Below, in pieces: positions 30,889-42,720 of a stretch of DNA of 64,000 bases. The translations under genes were made by a program, and so were the position numbers. This DNA is from an uncultured Alphaproteobacteria bacterium (GTDB lineage: Bacteria > Pseudomonadota > Alphaproteobacteria > Rhizobiales > Beijerinckiaceae), in the NCBI GenBank assembly GCA_963789645.1, contig CAWBLM010000016.1, forward strand, positions 54,216 to 118,215. The letters run 5' to 3'. The notes under the pieces are model-generated. The model worked only from the letters and a program-made list of their open reading frames with translations, was not told where the DNA came from and searched no databases. Position 1 is the stretch's first letter. Every line of letters starts with the position of its first letter.

Positions 30889-31846
30889 ATGGGAGAAGCG
30901 ATTTTGACTTTTGAAGCCGTGACGCGCCGCCGCCTCATGCTCGGCGGTTTTTGCCTTTGCTGTCTGCCGGGGCCGAGGTCGGCGTTCGCAGCTGACGGGC
31001 CGTTCGCGACCGATGAAGTCGGCGACGGCATCCACATCCGGCGCGGCATGGACGAAGACGCGACATCCGGCGAATGACGACGCGATCGCCAACACGGGCT
31101 TCATTATCGGCCGCGATGGCGTCCTCGTCACGGACCCCGGGGTAGTCTCGGCGACGGCCAAAATTTGCGCGCGACGATCCGGCAGAGAACGAAGCGCCCC
31201 GATCAAATATGTGGTGATGAGCCATATCCATCCGGATCACATCTTCGGCGCCGGCGCTTTTCTCGCAAAACTCGCCAATCTATGTCGGCCATCATGCTCT
31301 CGCCGAGGCGATGAGCCAGCGCGGCGAATATTACCGCGGCGTCCTCGCCGGTATCGTCGGCGCCGATCGGGCCGGGACTGTCGTTCGGCCGACGCTTGAA
31401 GTTCAGGACGTCGCGACGATCGACCTCGGTGATCGAACCGTCACAGCGCATGCCCATGGCCCGGCCCAACAACATGCGACCTGAGCCTATTTGATCAGAA
31501 AACGGGAATCCTTCTGACCGCCGATCTCGTCTTTGTCCGGCGCGTGCCTTCGCTCGACGGATCGTTGCCGGGCTGGCTGAAAGAGCTTGCGAGCTCAAAG
31601 GGATCGCCGCCTCGCGCGCTGTCCCTGGTCACGGCCCGTCACCATAAATTGGCCGGCGGGCGCGGCGGATATCGAGCGCTAGCTGACGACGCTGCAGCGC
31701 GACGTGAAGCAGGCGATCGCCGATGGCGTCGAGATCGACGCGGCCTCCGGATCCGCCGCGCAATCCGAGCGGGGCGAGTGGACGCTGTTTGAGAATATAA
31801 CGCCCGCAACGTCATATCGGCTTACAAGGAGCTTGAATGGCAATGA
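30889..31846 (+). pseudogene. MBL-fold metallohydrolase resembling quinoprotein-relay-system zinc hydrolases, at least 4 frame breaks
   Basis: Pieces in all three frames. These are the Tat-like leader MGEAILTFEAVTRRRLMLGG, then NDDAIANTGFIIGRDGVLVTDPG, then IKYVVMSHIHPDHIFGAGAF (HxHxDH motif). They continue with YVGHHALAEAMSQRGEYYRGVLAGIV...VQDVATIDLGDRTVTAHAHGPA, then LLTADLVFVRRVPSLDGSLPGWLKEL, then DVKQAIADGVEIDAASGSAAQSERGEWTLFE, and end in AYKELEWQ. The sub-family call is from memory. Confidence 0.68.
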
Positions 31847-31903
31847 CGCTGAATTTTCTGCGTCATGGCGCGGTCCGTCTATTGCTCTTGTGGAAGAATC
31901 AAG

Positions 31904-32409
31904 ATGCGTTTTCTGTGTGCGCTCATTCTGGCCTCTGATGACGGAGTCGCGGGCGCCGACTCGGCCGCGACTTCGTCGCCGGAGTTCGCATTCCGGGAAG
32001 AGCCGAGCAACGCGGGAGATTTATACCGACGAATTGATACAGCTTTTGAAGGACGCCATCCGATCGATGTTTCGGATCCTTCGGCGCTGAGCCGGGTGGC
32101 CTTTCTGACATCGGCTGCGGCGCCAGCCCATCAAGACATCGCAGGGAGCGTCTGGATGCCCGGGTCGGCGCCGCCGTTCTCGATACGCGACAAAACGATA
32201 GCTTTATCGATCGGCTGGAGACGCTGACTAACGACGACCCGGGCCAGCCAATCGTATTTTACGGTCACGCGAAGGGACAAAACAGCCTCATAGCCGCCAT
32301 GCGCGCGATCAAGCCTCGGCTATCGTTACGTCTACTGGTATCCGGAGGCATCGAGGGCTGGCGCAACGCGGGCCACAATCGCCGCGCCGAAAATGGAAAT
32401 GAATTCTGA
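31904..32409 (+). pseudogene. rhodanese-like domain protein remnant (position and shape of the PQQ-catabolism CXXCW-motif protein, motif not present), at least 2 frame breaks
   Basis: MRFLCALILAS... is signal-like. The pieces ...HPIDVS...IAGSVWMPG..., then QPIVFYGHAKGQNSLIAAMRAIK, then GYRYVYWYP and GGIEGWRNAGH lie in different frames. No Cys-x-x-Cys-Trp occurs in any frame. Confidence 0.42.
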
Positions 32410-32738
32410 AGACGCGGCGAAATTTAGAACGACGTCAGGCAAGGCGATCCGCTCTCCGGAAGCCGCGATCCAAATCGACGCATGCTGCACAAGGAAGGCC
32501 AGGGCGCTATATAGCCGCCGACATTGCCGACGAGTGCGCGGCGAACGCGGTATCGTCGCCCTAGCTTGGCCTGAGCGGCGCGCGACCGGAGGCGCGCCGC
32601 TTTTTGGGGCGGCATTTCATTTGCCGTTGGCTCCGGCTCGATTATGCTATCGGCGGAAGGCGCTGCGATTAGAACCGAGCGTCTGCAACGCCACGACGGC
32701 TGTCATGTGTCCAAGCAGCAATAATTCGTCAGATAGGC

Positions 32739-32772
32739 GCCTGGAAACTACCTTTACGGGTAGTTTCCAGGC
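32739..32772. repeat. perfect 14-bp inverted repeat with 6-nt spacer (GCCTGGAAACTACC tttacg GGTAGTTTCCAGGC)
   Basis: Read directly. All 14 positions pair (32739-32752 with 32759-32772). No T-run follows. It lies in an ORF-poor stretch between gene remnants. Confidence 0.9.
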
Positions 32773-33025
32773 TCTGACTCGCGCCTTAGTAATGGAACGT
32801 CGACGCCCGCCCGACCCCCGTGACGGAAGCGAGCGCGACAACCAAGGGGAGGACCTTTATGACCAATCCCAGCGATTCCGGGCGTCGCCGCGGCTTTCGC
32901 GACGGCAATAGCGTCGAGCAGCCAGCTATTTCTTCCGCCATGAAACTTAGATCCCAGGGAGGAGCCGATATGTCGAACTCGCAACCCTCGCCGCCTTTAC
33001 GTCGAGCGACTTCAGCGCGGTCCAA

Positions 33026-33187
33026 ATGCGGGAAACAGCCAGGTCCATCGAGCGAACCCCCACGACCCACTTCGATGCCCTGATCATCGGCGCCGGCTTC
33101 TCCGGGATGTACATGCTGCATTCGCTACGCGACAAGCTCGGCTTGAGCGCGCGCGTCCTGGAGGCCGGCAACGGCGTCGGCGGCACG
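33026..33187 (+). pseudogene. 5' fragment (about 54 codons) of a second Baeyer-Villiger/flavin monooxygenase paralogue
   Basis: ORF 33026..33223 reads [54 protein letters not shown]. Similarity stops exactly where [11 protein letters not shown] is expected (it reads GGTKAGNLTACRDW, then stop). DNA identity to the full gene at 33393 is only moderate, so this is a paralogue and not a recent duplicate. Confidence 0.6.
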
Positions 33188-33392
33188 AAAGCCGGCAATC
33201 TAACCGCTTGTCGAGACTGGTAGCCCGGGAATGTTGAGTTATCTCGCTGCTTCTCAGGCCGGATCGCCGTATAGACGGGCTTCTTGGGCATCGTCATAGC
33301 GCGGCGTCGCAGAGGCCAAGCCCGCCAAGCCACTGAGCATCGTGTTTGCCCGAAAACCGAGCAAAAAGTCAATAATATTACCGGAGGAGACC

Positions 33393-35037
<1,645 letters not shown>

Positions 35038-35091
35038 ACGAGCCCTTCACAACCTAGAGTCCGCCCTGAGCGGACTCCATGGAGACATAGA

Positions 35092-36144
35092 GTGATCGAG
35101 AACCCTTACTACTCCCAGGAGGGCCACGGCCCCTATGAGCTGCACGACATCGGCGACCTCGACCTGGAGGAAGGCGGGACGCTGCGCGGCTGCAAGCTCG
35201 CGGTCGCGACGCACGGCCAGCTCAACGCCGCCAAGGACAACGCGATTCTCGTCCCGACGTGGTACTCGGGGACCAGCAAAATCATCGAGCAGGCCTACAT
35301 CGGCAAGGGCCGTGCGCTCGACCCCGACAAGTACTTCATTGTCGTCGTCAACCAGATCGGCGGCGGCCTGTCGACGTCGCCGCACAACGCGCCCGATCCG
35401 ATTGGCATGGCGAACTTCCCGAAGGTTCGCATCGGCGACGACGTTCGCGCGCAGCACAAGCTGCTGACCGGGACGTTCGGTTTGCAGAGCCTCGCTCTGG
35501 TCGTCGGCGGCTCGATGGGCGCGCAGCAGACTTACGAGTGGGCGGTGCGCTACCCGGAGATGGTAAGGCGGGCCGCACCGATCGCCGGCACGGCGAAAAG
35601 CACCGACCACTTTCGCGTATTCTTCGACACGCTGGAAGCCGCGATCACCTCCGATCCGGCGTTCAACGGCGGCAACTACAAGCAATCGTCGGACGTGGCC
35701 GCGGGTCTGAAGCGCCACGCGACGATCTGGGCGGTGATGGGCTGGACCACGGAGTTCTACCAGCAGGGCCGGCCTGCGGCGCTGGGCTTCCCGACGGTCG
35801 AGGCGTTCGTCGACAACTTCATGACCGGCTACTTCGCTCCGATGGACCCGAACGACCTACTTTGTATGGGATGGAAATGCCAGCGCGCCGACGTGAGCCG
35901 CATCACCGGCGGCAAGCTGAGCGAGGCGCTCGGTCGAATCAAGGCGAAGACCTTCGTGATGCCGGTCGACGAGTGCATGTTCTTCCGGCCGCGCGACTGC
36001 GAAGCCGAGCAGAAACTGATCCCGGGCAGCGAGTTCCGGCCGCTGCGCAGCATCGACGGCCATCTGGCGCTGTTCGGTACGGATCCGGCTTTTCTCGCCC
36101 AGGTCGACGGGCACCTTTCGGAGCTGCTGGCGATCCGCGCATAG
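35092..36144 (+). CDS. alpha/beta hydrolase of the MetX (homoserine O-acetyltransferase-like) family, likely esterase partner of the BVMO
   Basis: 350-aa ORF with a GTG start (GGAGA 6 nt upstream), 55 nt after the BVMO stop. The nucleophile elbow is GGSMGAQ. The general MetX-like layout is present. Confidence 0.78.
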   Translation: MIENPYYSQEGHGPYELHDIGDLDLEEGGTLRGCKLAVATHGQLNAAKDNAILVPTWYSGTSKIIEQAYIGKGRALDPDKYFIVVVNQIGGGLSTSPHNAPDPIGMANFPKVRIGDDVRAQHKLLTGTFGLQSLALVVGGSMGAQQTYEWAVRYPEMVRRAAPIAGTAKSTDHFRVFFDTLEAAITSDPAFNGGNYKQSSDVAAGLKRHATIWAVMGWTTEFYQQGRPAALGFPTVEAFVDNFMTGYFAPMDPNDLLCMGWKCQRADVSRITGGKLSEALGRIKAKTFVMPVDECMFFRPRDCEAEQKLIPGSEFRPLRSIDGHLALFGTDPAFLAQVDGHLSELLAIRA

Positions 36145-36463
36145 GGGCGACGCGCGCCCAGGAGATGAGCATGACCCATAGCATGCCTACGACATCGGGC
36201 TGGGCAAGAACGCCGCCAATTGGACGCTTCCGAACCCTATGCGATCGCGGCGGGTAATCGTGCGGTAGGATTGATTCGCTAAGCGATTGCAAGGGAGCGC
36301 GCCGACAGCGCGGGAGATTCGGACGAATTGATGCAGCTATTGAAGAAGGTTACCCGCAAAGAACCGCGCCGGCGTTCGAAGTGCCGCAGACGCTCCTGGC
36401 GTAAGGAGGGCGCCTAGGCGGGAGCGCCGACGCGCCTCTCCGCGACCGCCTTTTCCGCCGCCC

Positions 36464-36809
36464 TTAGCCTCCGGCGGCGGCGTCGGCTGTCTTTTTTTTT
36501 TGCACGGCGGCAACCTCAACGGCGATCTCCGCGGTCCTCTTGGGGTTGGCGCAGAGCGGCGTTGGAATCTCGGCTTCCACTTCGAGCGTCGAAATGGTGT
36601 CGCCGGTCTCCATCCGAACCTTGATGGAGCTCGGCTCGACCGGAAAATGCTTGGCGATGACGGCGACAATTTCTTCTCGCAGGAAGAGCGAGACTGTTCG
36701 GGCGTTTCCAATCGACCGCGCGTTCATGGGCGAGCAGCAGCTTCTAGACGATCCTTGGGCGCACCGGAGCTGTAATAACGGCCTGCTTGAAGAAACTAAT
36801 GATGTTCAT
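36464..36809 (-). pseudogene. minE: cell division topological specificity factor MinE, at least 2 frame breaks
   Basis: [16 protein letters not shown] runs from ATG 36809 and overlaps the minD stop. Then [10 protein letters not shown] lies in another frame. Then [49 protein letters not shown] lies in ORF 36464..36727. Breaks lie within about 36725-36765. The C-terminal tail past EIPTP may be read-through. Confidence 0.7.
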
Positions 36810-37624
36810 GCCTAAGCCCTCCGCCCAAAAACTTGCCGAAGAAACCTCTTTTGCCGTTTGGCACCGTCATCGCGAGGGTCTCGCCGTTGAGGCGCTTCGC
36901 CGCATCGAAATAGGCGCGGGCGGGCGCGCTCGGAGTCGTGCTGAACGTCACTGGTGCGCCCACATTGGACGCCCGCAGCACTTCCTCGCTTTCGGGGATG
37001 ATGCCGAGGAGCGGGATCGAAAGAATTTCAAGCACGTCGTCGACCTTCAGCATTTCGCCGCGTTCGGCGCGGGCCTTGTCGTAGCGCGTGATGAGAAGGT
37101 GTTTTTCTATACGCTCGCCCTTCTCCGCCTTTTCGGTTTTGGAATTGAGCAGGACCGATGATGCGGTCCGAGTCGCGTACGGACGAGACTTCGGGATTGG
37201 TCGCAACGATGGCGACGTCGGCGTGGCGCATCGCCAGGGTGGCGCCGCGTTCGATGCCGGCGGGGCTGTCGCAAATGATCCAGTCGAACTTTTCTCTGAG
37301 CTCGTTGATGACGCGGGCGACGCCTTCATCCGTCAGGGCGTCCTTGTCGCGAGTCTGCGAGGCCGGCAGCAGGGATAGCGTCTGAAGGCGCTTGTCGCGG
37401 ATCAGCGCCTGGGCCAGTTTGGCGTCGCCCTGGACCACATTGATGAGGTCATAGACGACGCGCCGTTCGGCGCCCATCACCAGATCGAGATTGCGCAATC
37501 CAACGTCGAAATCGACGAGGACGACGTTCTTGCCACCCTTCGCTAGAGCGACGCCCAAAGCCGCCGTGGAGGTCGTCTTGCCGACCCCTCCTTTGCCTGA
37601 CGTGACGACCAATACCTTGGCCAT
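36796..37624 (-). pseudogene. minD: septum site-determining ATPase MinD, one frame break
   Basis: MAKVLVVTSGKGGVGKTTSTAALG (deviant Walker A) ...DSPAGIERG...SDRIIG lies in ORF 37028..37624. LLNSKTEKAEKGERIEKHLLITRYD...IPESEEVLRASNVGAPV lies in ORF 36796..37329. There is an extra C (GGTCTG to GGTCCTG) near 37155. Confidence 0.9.
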
Positions 37625-37732
37625 AAGCGCAATCTCCCCTCTCGTGCGTGGACCCGGAAAGTCGGCGACTTTCGAATCGATCAGCGTTGAACCATGTCGA
37701 ACCGAGGCCGCCGTAGTCGGAAGCCGCCTTGC

Positions 37733-38511
37733 TTAGTCTTGAGCCGTGATCAGCAGTGAATCGCCATCGAGCCGGACCTGCACGGAGCGTCCGCGCAGGC
37801 TCGCCTCCATATCGTCGGCGGTCAAATAAAGACCGTCGATCGACAACAGCTCGGCTTCGAGTTTGCGGCAGAAAATTCGAGCCCGCGGATAGCCTGCGCC
37901 AGCGATCGCGCGGCCGCGCAAACTCCCGTAGACGTGAATGGAGCCGCCAGCGACGATCTCAGCGCCCGATGCGACTGAGCCGACGACGATGACGTCGCCG
38001 TCGAGATGTTCAATATACTGTCCGGAACGCATCGGCGTTTCGACCAGCAACGCGTTCGAACGGTGAACGGGGGCACGGGCGGGCGCGGACGCCGGCGCTT
38101 CGGCCTTGGCGTCATCTTGCCCTTCGATGACCTTGGCGATCTGCCCTTCGATGAGCTTCGGCGATCGCGTCGACATCAGTTCGCGCGGTTTCGTTGACAT
38201 AGCGCCCGCCGCTGACGAATGGCGGCGGCATGCCGAATCGCGCCAACTCGGATCGCCGCCTTCATCCCCATGATCTGGACGTTGCGCTCAAACAAATTTT
38301 TCGTCAGCTCAATGACTTCTGACTTGCCGAGTTCAAGATTGGTGACGTCGAGCACGATCAGGCGGCCGGCGAAAAAGCCAGGCGAGCGCTCGACCCAGGC
38401 GTCGAGTTCAGCGAGCCAATCGGCCAATGGCGCTTGCGGCGCGAGCGCCATGGCGTGGAACGAGCGGCTGTGGAAGCGGATCGAATGTCGTGGGCGGGCT
38501 GCGGCGGTCAC
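37733..38511 (-). pseudogene. minC: septum site-determining protein MinC, one frame break
   Basis: The N-terminal domain is in ORF 38176..38511 (FHSRSFHAMALAP...LIVLDV). The C-terminal beta-helix domain is in ORF 37733..38200 ([48 protein letters not shown]). The break is near 38190. It lies directly upstream of minD. Confidence 0.8.
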
Positions 38512-38772
38512 GTGGGCCCCTCAAGATTTGACTATTCGTAAGTTACGCAACGTATAGTTAATGAGCGGTTAAATATCAGGCCGCTGCAGCTTGGCGGCGC
38601 CGATTAACCAAAGTCTTGAGGGCCGCTGACGCAAATGGGCGCGAGTTTAAGGACTCGCCGGGCGCGAGTGGCCCAGAAGTTGATTGAAGCCGTGACAAAA
38701 AACTTTTGTGCGGATAGATGTCAGCGGCAATTTTCATGTCCTCGAATTAGGTGAGTGGTCAAAGGCGTTTCG

Positions 38773-39140
38773 ATGTGCGCATTTAAGCTTGATAGTTTCG
38801 GTGATCGCCTGAGCGCCGCGGCGCGCGCGAAGAAGGCGCAAAAGAGCGGTTCCGCTCGAAAATGGATGTCGACGAGCAAACCCTCGCCAAACGCGAGGCG
38901 ACGCGCCAGGAAATCATCGCCGCGCGCGAGGCTCGCGCCTTACGGCGCCAAGCCGCCGAGGAGGCAAAGCAAGCCAAGGAGGCGGCGGAAAAAGCCCAGC
39001 GCGACGCCAAGCTGAAGGCAGAACAGGACGCGCGCGAAAAAGAGGCGGCGGCCGAGGCGGAGCGCGCCGCTGCGCTCGAGATCGAGCGCAAAAAGGTCCG
39101 CGACGCCCGCTACGCCGCGCGCAAGGCGGCGAAAAAATAG
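38773..39140 (+). pseudogene. Lys/Ala/Glu-rich small protein (DUF6481-like), one frame break
   Basis: MCAFKLDSFGDRLSAAARAKKAQ lies in the frame of ORF 38755..39015. Then ...EQTLAKREATRQEIIAAREARALRRQAAEEAK...RDARYAARKAAKK lies in ORF 38862..39140. The break is near 38845. The family is from memory. Confidence 0.45.
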
Positions 39141-39323
39141 CCGTCTCCGCCTCCGCGCGGGAAAAGCCCGGGGCTCCTTCCGATCGGACCGAATTCGGAA
39201 GACGGCGCTAGACGTTTCACGTGAAACGCCTTTGACCAGTTCGGGCTCGCGAACGGACCGTTTGAACGCCAATCCTACTCTCGCCCATCCACAGCGAGAT
39301 CGAAGGTGCTGAAGCCTTCGGGA

Positions 39324-40482
39324 TTAGTCGGGACGCTCCAGGACCTCGGGATGGCGCAACGTCCGCACGGTGTCGTGATAGCCGGCGCGCCAATGATCTT
39401 CCATCGACCGGCGGGAGAATTCAAAATCCTTGTTGGAGCCTTCGTATCTGCTGGCGCGATAGATGAGATGGGCGATGTTGTAGACTTTCTCGTCGGCCTC
39501 GGCTTCCAGCAATTTCCACTCTGGATCGTTGCGGCGATCGCCCGGCAGCTGCTTCAGCAGGCGATCGACCGCCCGGCGCAGCTGCTGCTGCTTTTTAAAC
39601 TGGTCGGTACCTTGCCGGGTGCGGCTCGAATAACGGATTTCCTTGGTGCGGAGGTCGACTTCCGTAATATCGCGCGGCATCTCCCCCGCGCGCGCTCCAA
39701 AGATCGACCTGGAAGGCGAGCGTGTCCCGACGCGGCGTGCTGTCCAGCACCCATTGCAGCGGGGTGTTCGAGACGATACCGCCGTCCCAGTAAAATTCGC
39801 CCTCGATCTCGACCGGCGGAAAGCCCGGCGGCAGCGCGCCGCTGGCGATGACATGCTCCGGCCGGATCTCATGCGTCGTCGTGTCGAAATAAGCGAAATT
39901 TCCGGTTCGCACATTAGTCGCGCCGACGCTGAGCCGCATCTCTCCAGCGTTGATCCGGTCGAAGTCGACGAGGCGCTCAAGCGTCGACCGCAGAGGGGTC
40001 GGGTCATAAAAGCTCAAGGCCTCGATCGTGCCCGGGGCTTGGAGAAACGGCGGCGGCAGGCGGGGTTTGAAGAAGTTCGGCGCGCCGGCGAAAAGAACAC
40101 CCGCCGCGCGAAACTGATTGATGACGCTGTGCAGATAATCGCCCTTGATCCCCCCTGGATGGAACGGAATGCCCAGGGGCCCGCCAGTGATCTCCTCCCA
40201 GAATGCGCGCAGGCGCGCCACGCGCAACTCCGGCGGGTTGCCGGCGATTAGGGCCGAGTTTAACGCGCCGATCGATATTCCCGCCACCCAATCCGGTTCG
40301 ATGTTCGCCTCGGCCAGCGCGGCGTAAACGCCGCCCTGGTAGGCGCCAAGGGCGCCGCCGCCTTGCAGCAAAAGCGCGATGCGCTCGAAATGCGGGCGCT
40401 CTTTGACGACGTGCGACTTCAACTTCGATGGCGGTGGGGACGACATGACGGCACTCTGATCGAATGGAAATTCGTGTATCAT
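39324..40482 (-). pseudogene. patatin-like phospholipase, one frame break
   Basis: ORF 39595..40482 carries the oxyanion motif LLLQGGGALGAYQ, the nucleophile GISIGA and the catalytic Asp in YWDGGIVSN. The C-terminal DUF3734-like part (EVDLRTKEIRYSSRTRQGTDQFKK...EFSRRSMEDHWRAGY) lies in ORF 39324..40007. The break is near 39690. Confidence 0.85.
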
Positions 40483-40542
40483 CGCAGGCCTTCATGATCA
40501 ATTGACTGGTGGTCGACGGAGGCGGGGCATAGGAGGAATGCC

Positions 40543-40797
40543 ATGACGAAATTGGCGTTGGCGGCAATGGTTTTTAGCGCGCTGCTGGCTAACGGTTCGG
40601 CGCGCGCCCAGACGCCGGGGCAATTGTTGAACAAGGATTACCTGACCCCGACGGGCGAGACCGTGCCGCGGCCAGGGGGTCCGAAGGTCTCTGTATCTCC
40701 GCGCGACCGCGCCCGGGAAGAACGGGAACGAACCATAGCCAACAGCATGGACGACCTTATCGAAGGGCGCATCTGCACCAATTGTTATGGGGATTGA
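40543..40797 (+). CDS. small secreted protein, unknown function
   Basis: RBS AGGAGGA. Signal peptide MTKLALAAMVFSALLANGSARAQ. The C-terminus is CTNCYGD. No family recognised. Confidence 0.5.
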   Translation: MTKLALAAMVFSALLANGSARAQTPGQLLNKDYLTPTGETVPRPGGPKVSVSPRDRAREERERTIANSMDDLIEGRICTNCYGD

Positions 40798-41006
40798 CCG
40801 CAATTCACGTCCTTGCTCTACCTCGGGGCCGGCCCCCATTCTCGTGTCTTGCCGCCCAGGTAAGTTTTAGCCTAAGCGTGGCTAAACTATCACAGCATTG
40901 AGAGCCCAGTTGATGGTATCTTTCGCAAGATAAACGCTGCAAGCGGGCCATTCTCTAGTGAATCAAAGTATCTGCGCCTGGCGCGCCGTCGCCCGAAGGA
41001 TGGCCC

Positions 41007-42692
41007 ATGCCCGCCGTGGCGGATAGGCGCTTGGCCGGCGCCGCGCCGCCGCGCGCAGGGCGTCGCGGCGTTTTCATTGGCCGCGCGGTTCTGGCCGCGT
41101 TGCTTCCATCACTGGCGGGATGCGCCGTCGGGCCAGATTTCGTCTCTCCCGCCGCGCCGGTCGCCGATAAATATCTCGAAGCGCATAACCGCTCAATCGG
41201 CACGGGCAAGCAGGAATACCGCGACTGGTGGAAGGTGTTCCACGATCCCGTGCTCGATCGCCTGGTCGAGATCGCCTACGACCAGAACCTGACGCTGCTC
41301 AGCGCTGGGACGCGGGTGCTGCAGGCGCGCGCCCAACTTGGCGTCGCTGTCGGCGAATTCTATCCGCAAACGCAGCAAGGCGTCGGACTGACGACCTATA
41401 ACCAGCCGAGCCACGCCGACGGCGCCGCCAATCCGCAGGTCCTGGTTCCGGGGCTCCAGATCACTAATTTCTGGCAATCGGAGCTCGGACTCCAAGCCGC
41501 CTGGGAACTCGATTTCTGGGGCAAGTTCCGGCGTGGCGTCGAATCCGCCGACGCCGCCTATCTCGGCTCGATCGCAACCTATGATGACGTTCTCGTCACT
41601 CTGCTCGGCGATGTCGCGAAGACCTACATCGGCATCCGCACGCTGGAGAAGCAGATCGCCATCGCGCGCGCCAATATCGTGCGCCAGAAAGAAGCGCTGC
41701 AGATCGCGCGCGACAGGTTTGCCGGAGGCGCCACGACCGAGCTCGACCCCTACCAAGCTGAGAATGTGCTTGGGCAGACCGAGGCTTCAATTCCCCAGTT
41801 GACCATCCAATTGCAGCAAGGCGAGAACGCGCTGCGCGTTTTGCTCGGCATGCCGCCGGAGCCGCTCGGGCCGTTGCTGGGGCGGGGGACCACCAAGATT
41901 CCGGTCGCGCCGGCCAAGATCTTCGTCGGTATACCAAGTGATTTGCTGCGCCGGCGGCCGGATGTGCGCGCCGCGGAATTGAAAGCCGCGGCGCAAAGCG
42001 CTCAAATCGGCGTCGCGGCGTCGGACCTTTATCCCGCGATCAGCCTCACAGGCAGGGTTGGAGGCTCCGCGAGCACCATCAATGGCGGGAAGCTGGTTAA
42101 TATTTTCTCGTCGGCTGGCCTTGCCTATTCCTTTGGCCCTACCTTCCAATGGAACATTCTGAACTACGGACAGATCACCAATAATGTACGTCTGCAGGAT
42201 GCGACCTTGCAGCAGTATCTCGTCGATTATCAAAACACGGTGCTAAAAGCCCAGCAAGACGTCGAGAACGGCATTTCCACTTATTTGCAGTCAAAGATTG
42301 CGGTCAATGCGCTTCGCTACAGCGTCGCGGCAGCCAATGGCGCGGTCCGCATCTCAATTCTCCAATATCAGCAAGGCACGCGGGACTTTACCTCCGTGCT
42401 GACGTCGGAGCAGAATCTCCTCACCGCCGAGAACGATCTCGCCATCGCCGAGGGCAATGTGCCGCTCGGGGTCACCACGGTCTATGAAGCGCTCGGTGGC
42501 GGATGGCAGATCCGCGAGGGCAATGACTTCGTGCCGCCTGCGACCAACGCCGAGATGCGGGCGCGCACCGATTGGGGGAATGTACTGCCGGCGCCTGGCG
42601 CCCCGGTACCGATGCCGGCGCTGTCCGGACCGACACCTGGGCTTCCCGGGCCCAAGGACGCGGGTCCGACGGTTCGCCCGCCGGAATTTTAG
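41007..42692 (+). CDS. RND efflux outer-membrane factor lipoprotein (NodT family)
   Basis: 561-aa ORF with the lipobox LAGCAV and two OEP repeats (WWKVFHDPVLDRLV...; LRRRPDVRAAELKAAAQSAQIGVA...). Confidence 0.9.
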   Translation: MPAVADRRLAGAAPPRAGRRGVFIGRAVLAALLPSLAGCAVGPDFVSPAAPVADKYLEAHNRSIGTGKQEYRDWWKVFHDPVLDRLVEIAYDQNLTLLSAGTRVLQARAQLGVAVGEFYPQTQQGVGLTTYNQPSHADGAANPQVLVPGLQITNFWQSELGLQAAWELDFWGKFRRGVESADAAYLGSIATYDDVLVTLLGDVAKTYIGIRTLEKQIAIARANIVRQKEALQIARDRFAGGATTELDPYQAENVLGQTEASIPQLTIQLQQGENALRVLLGMPPEPLGPLLGRGTTKIPVAPAKIFVGIPSDLLRRRPDVRAAELKAAAQSAQIGVAASDLYPAISLTGRVGGSASTINGGKLVNIFSSAGLAYSFGPTFQWNILNYGQITNNVRLQDATLQQYLVDYQNTVLKAQQDVENGISTYLQSKIAVNALRYSVAAANGAVRISILQYQQGTRDFTSVLTSEQNLLTAENDLAIAEGNVPLGVTTVYEALGGGWQIREGNDFVPPATNAEMRARTDWGNVLPAPGAPVPMPALSGPTPGLPGPKDAGPTVRPPEF

Positions 42693-42720
42693 TATATTTT
42701 TCGCAAAAGGGCGTTTCGCC

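Noticed and set aside
40863-40888. Imperfect palindrome (TTAGCC-N7-GGCTAA with a bulged extension) upstream of the efflux operon as a TetR-type operator
   Set aside because: Only 6 bp pair perfectly, no regulator gene is adjacent, and a palindrome this short is expected by chance.
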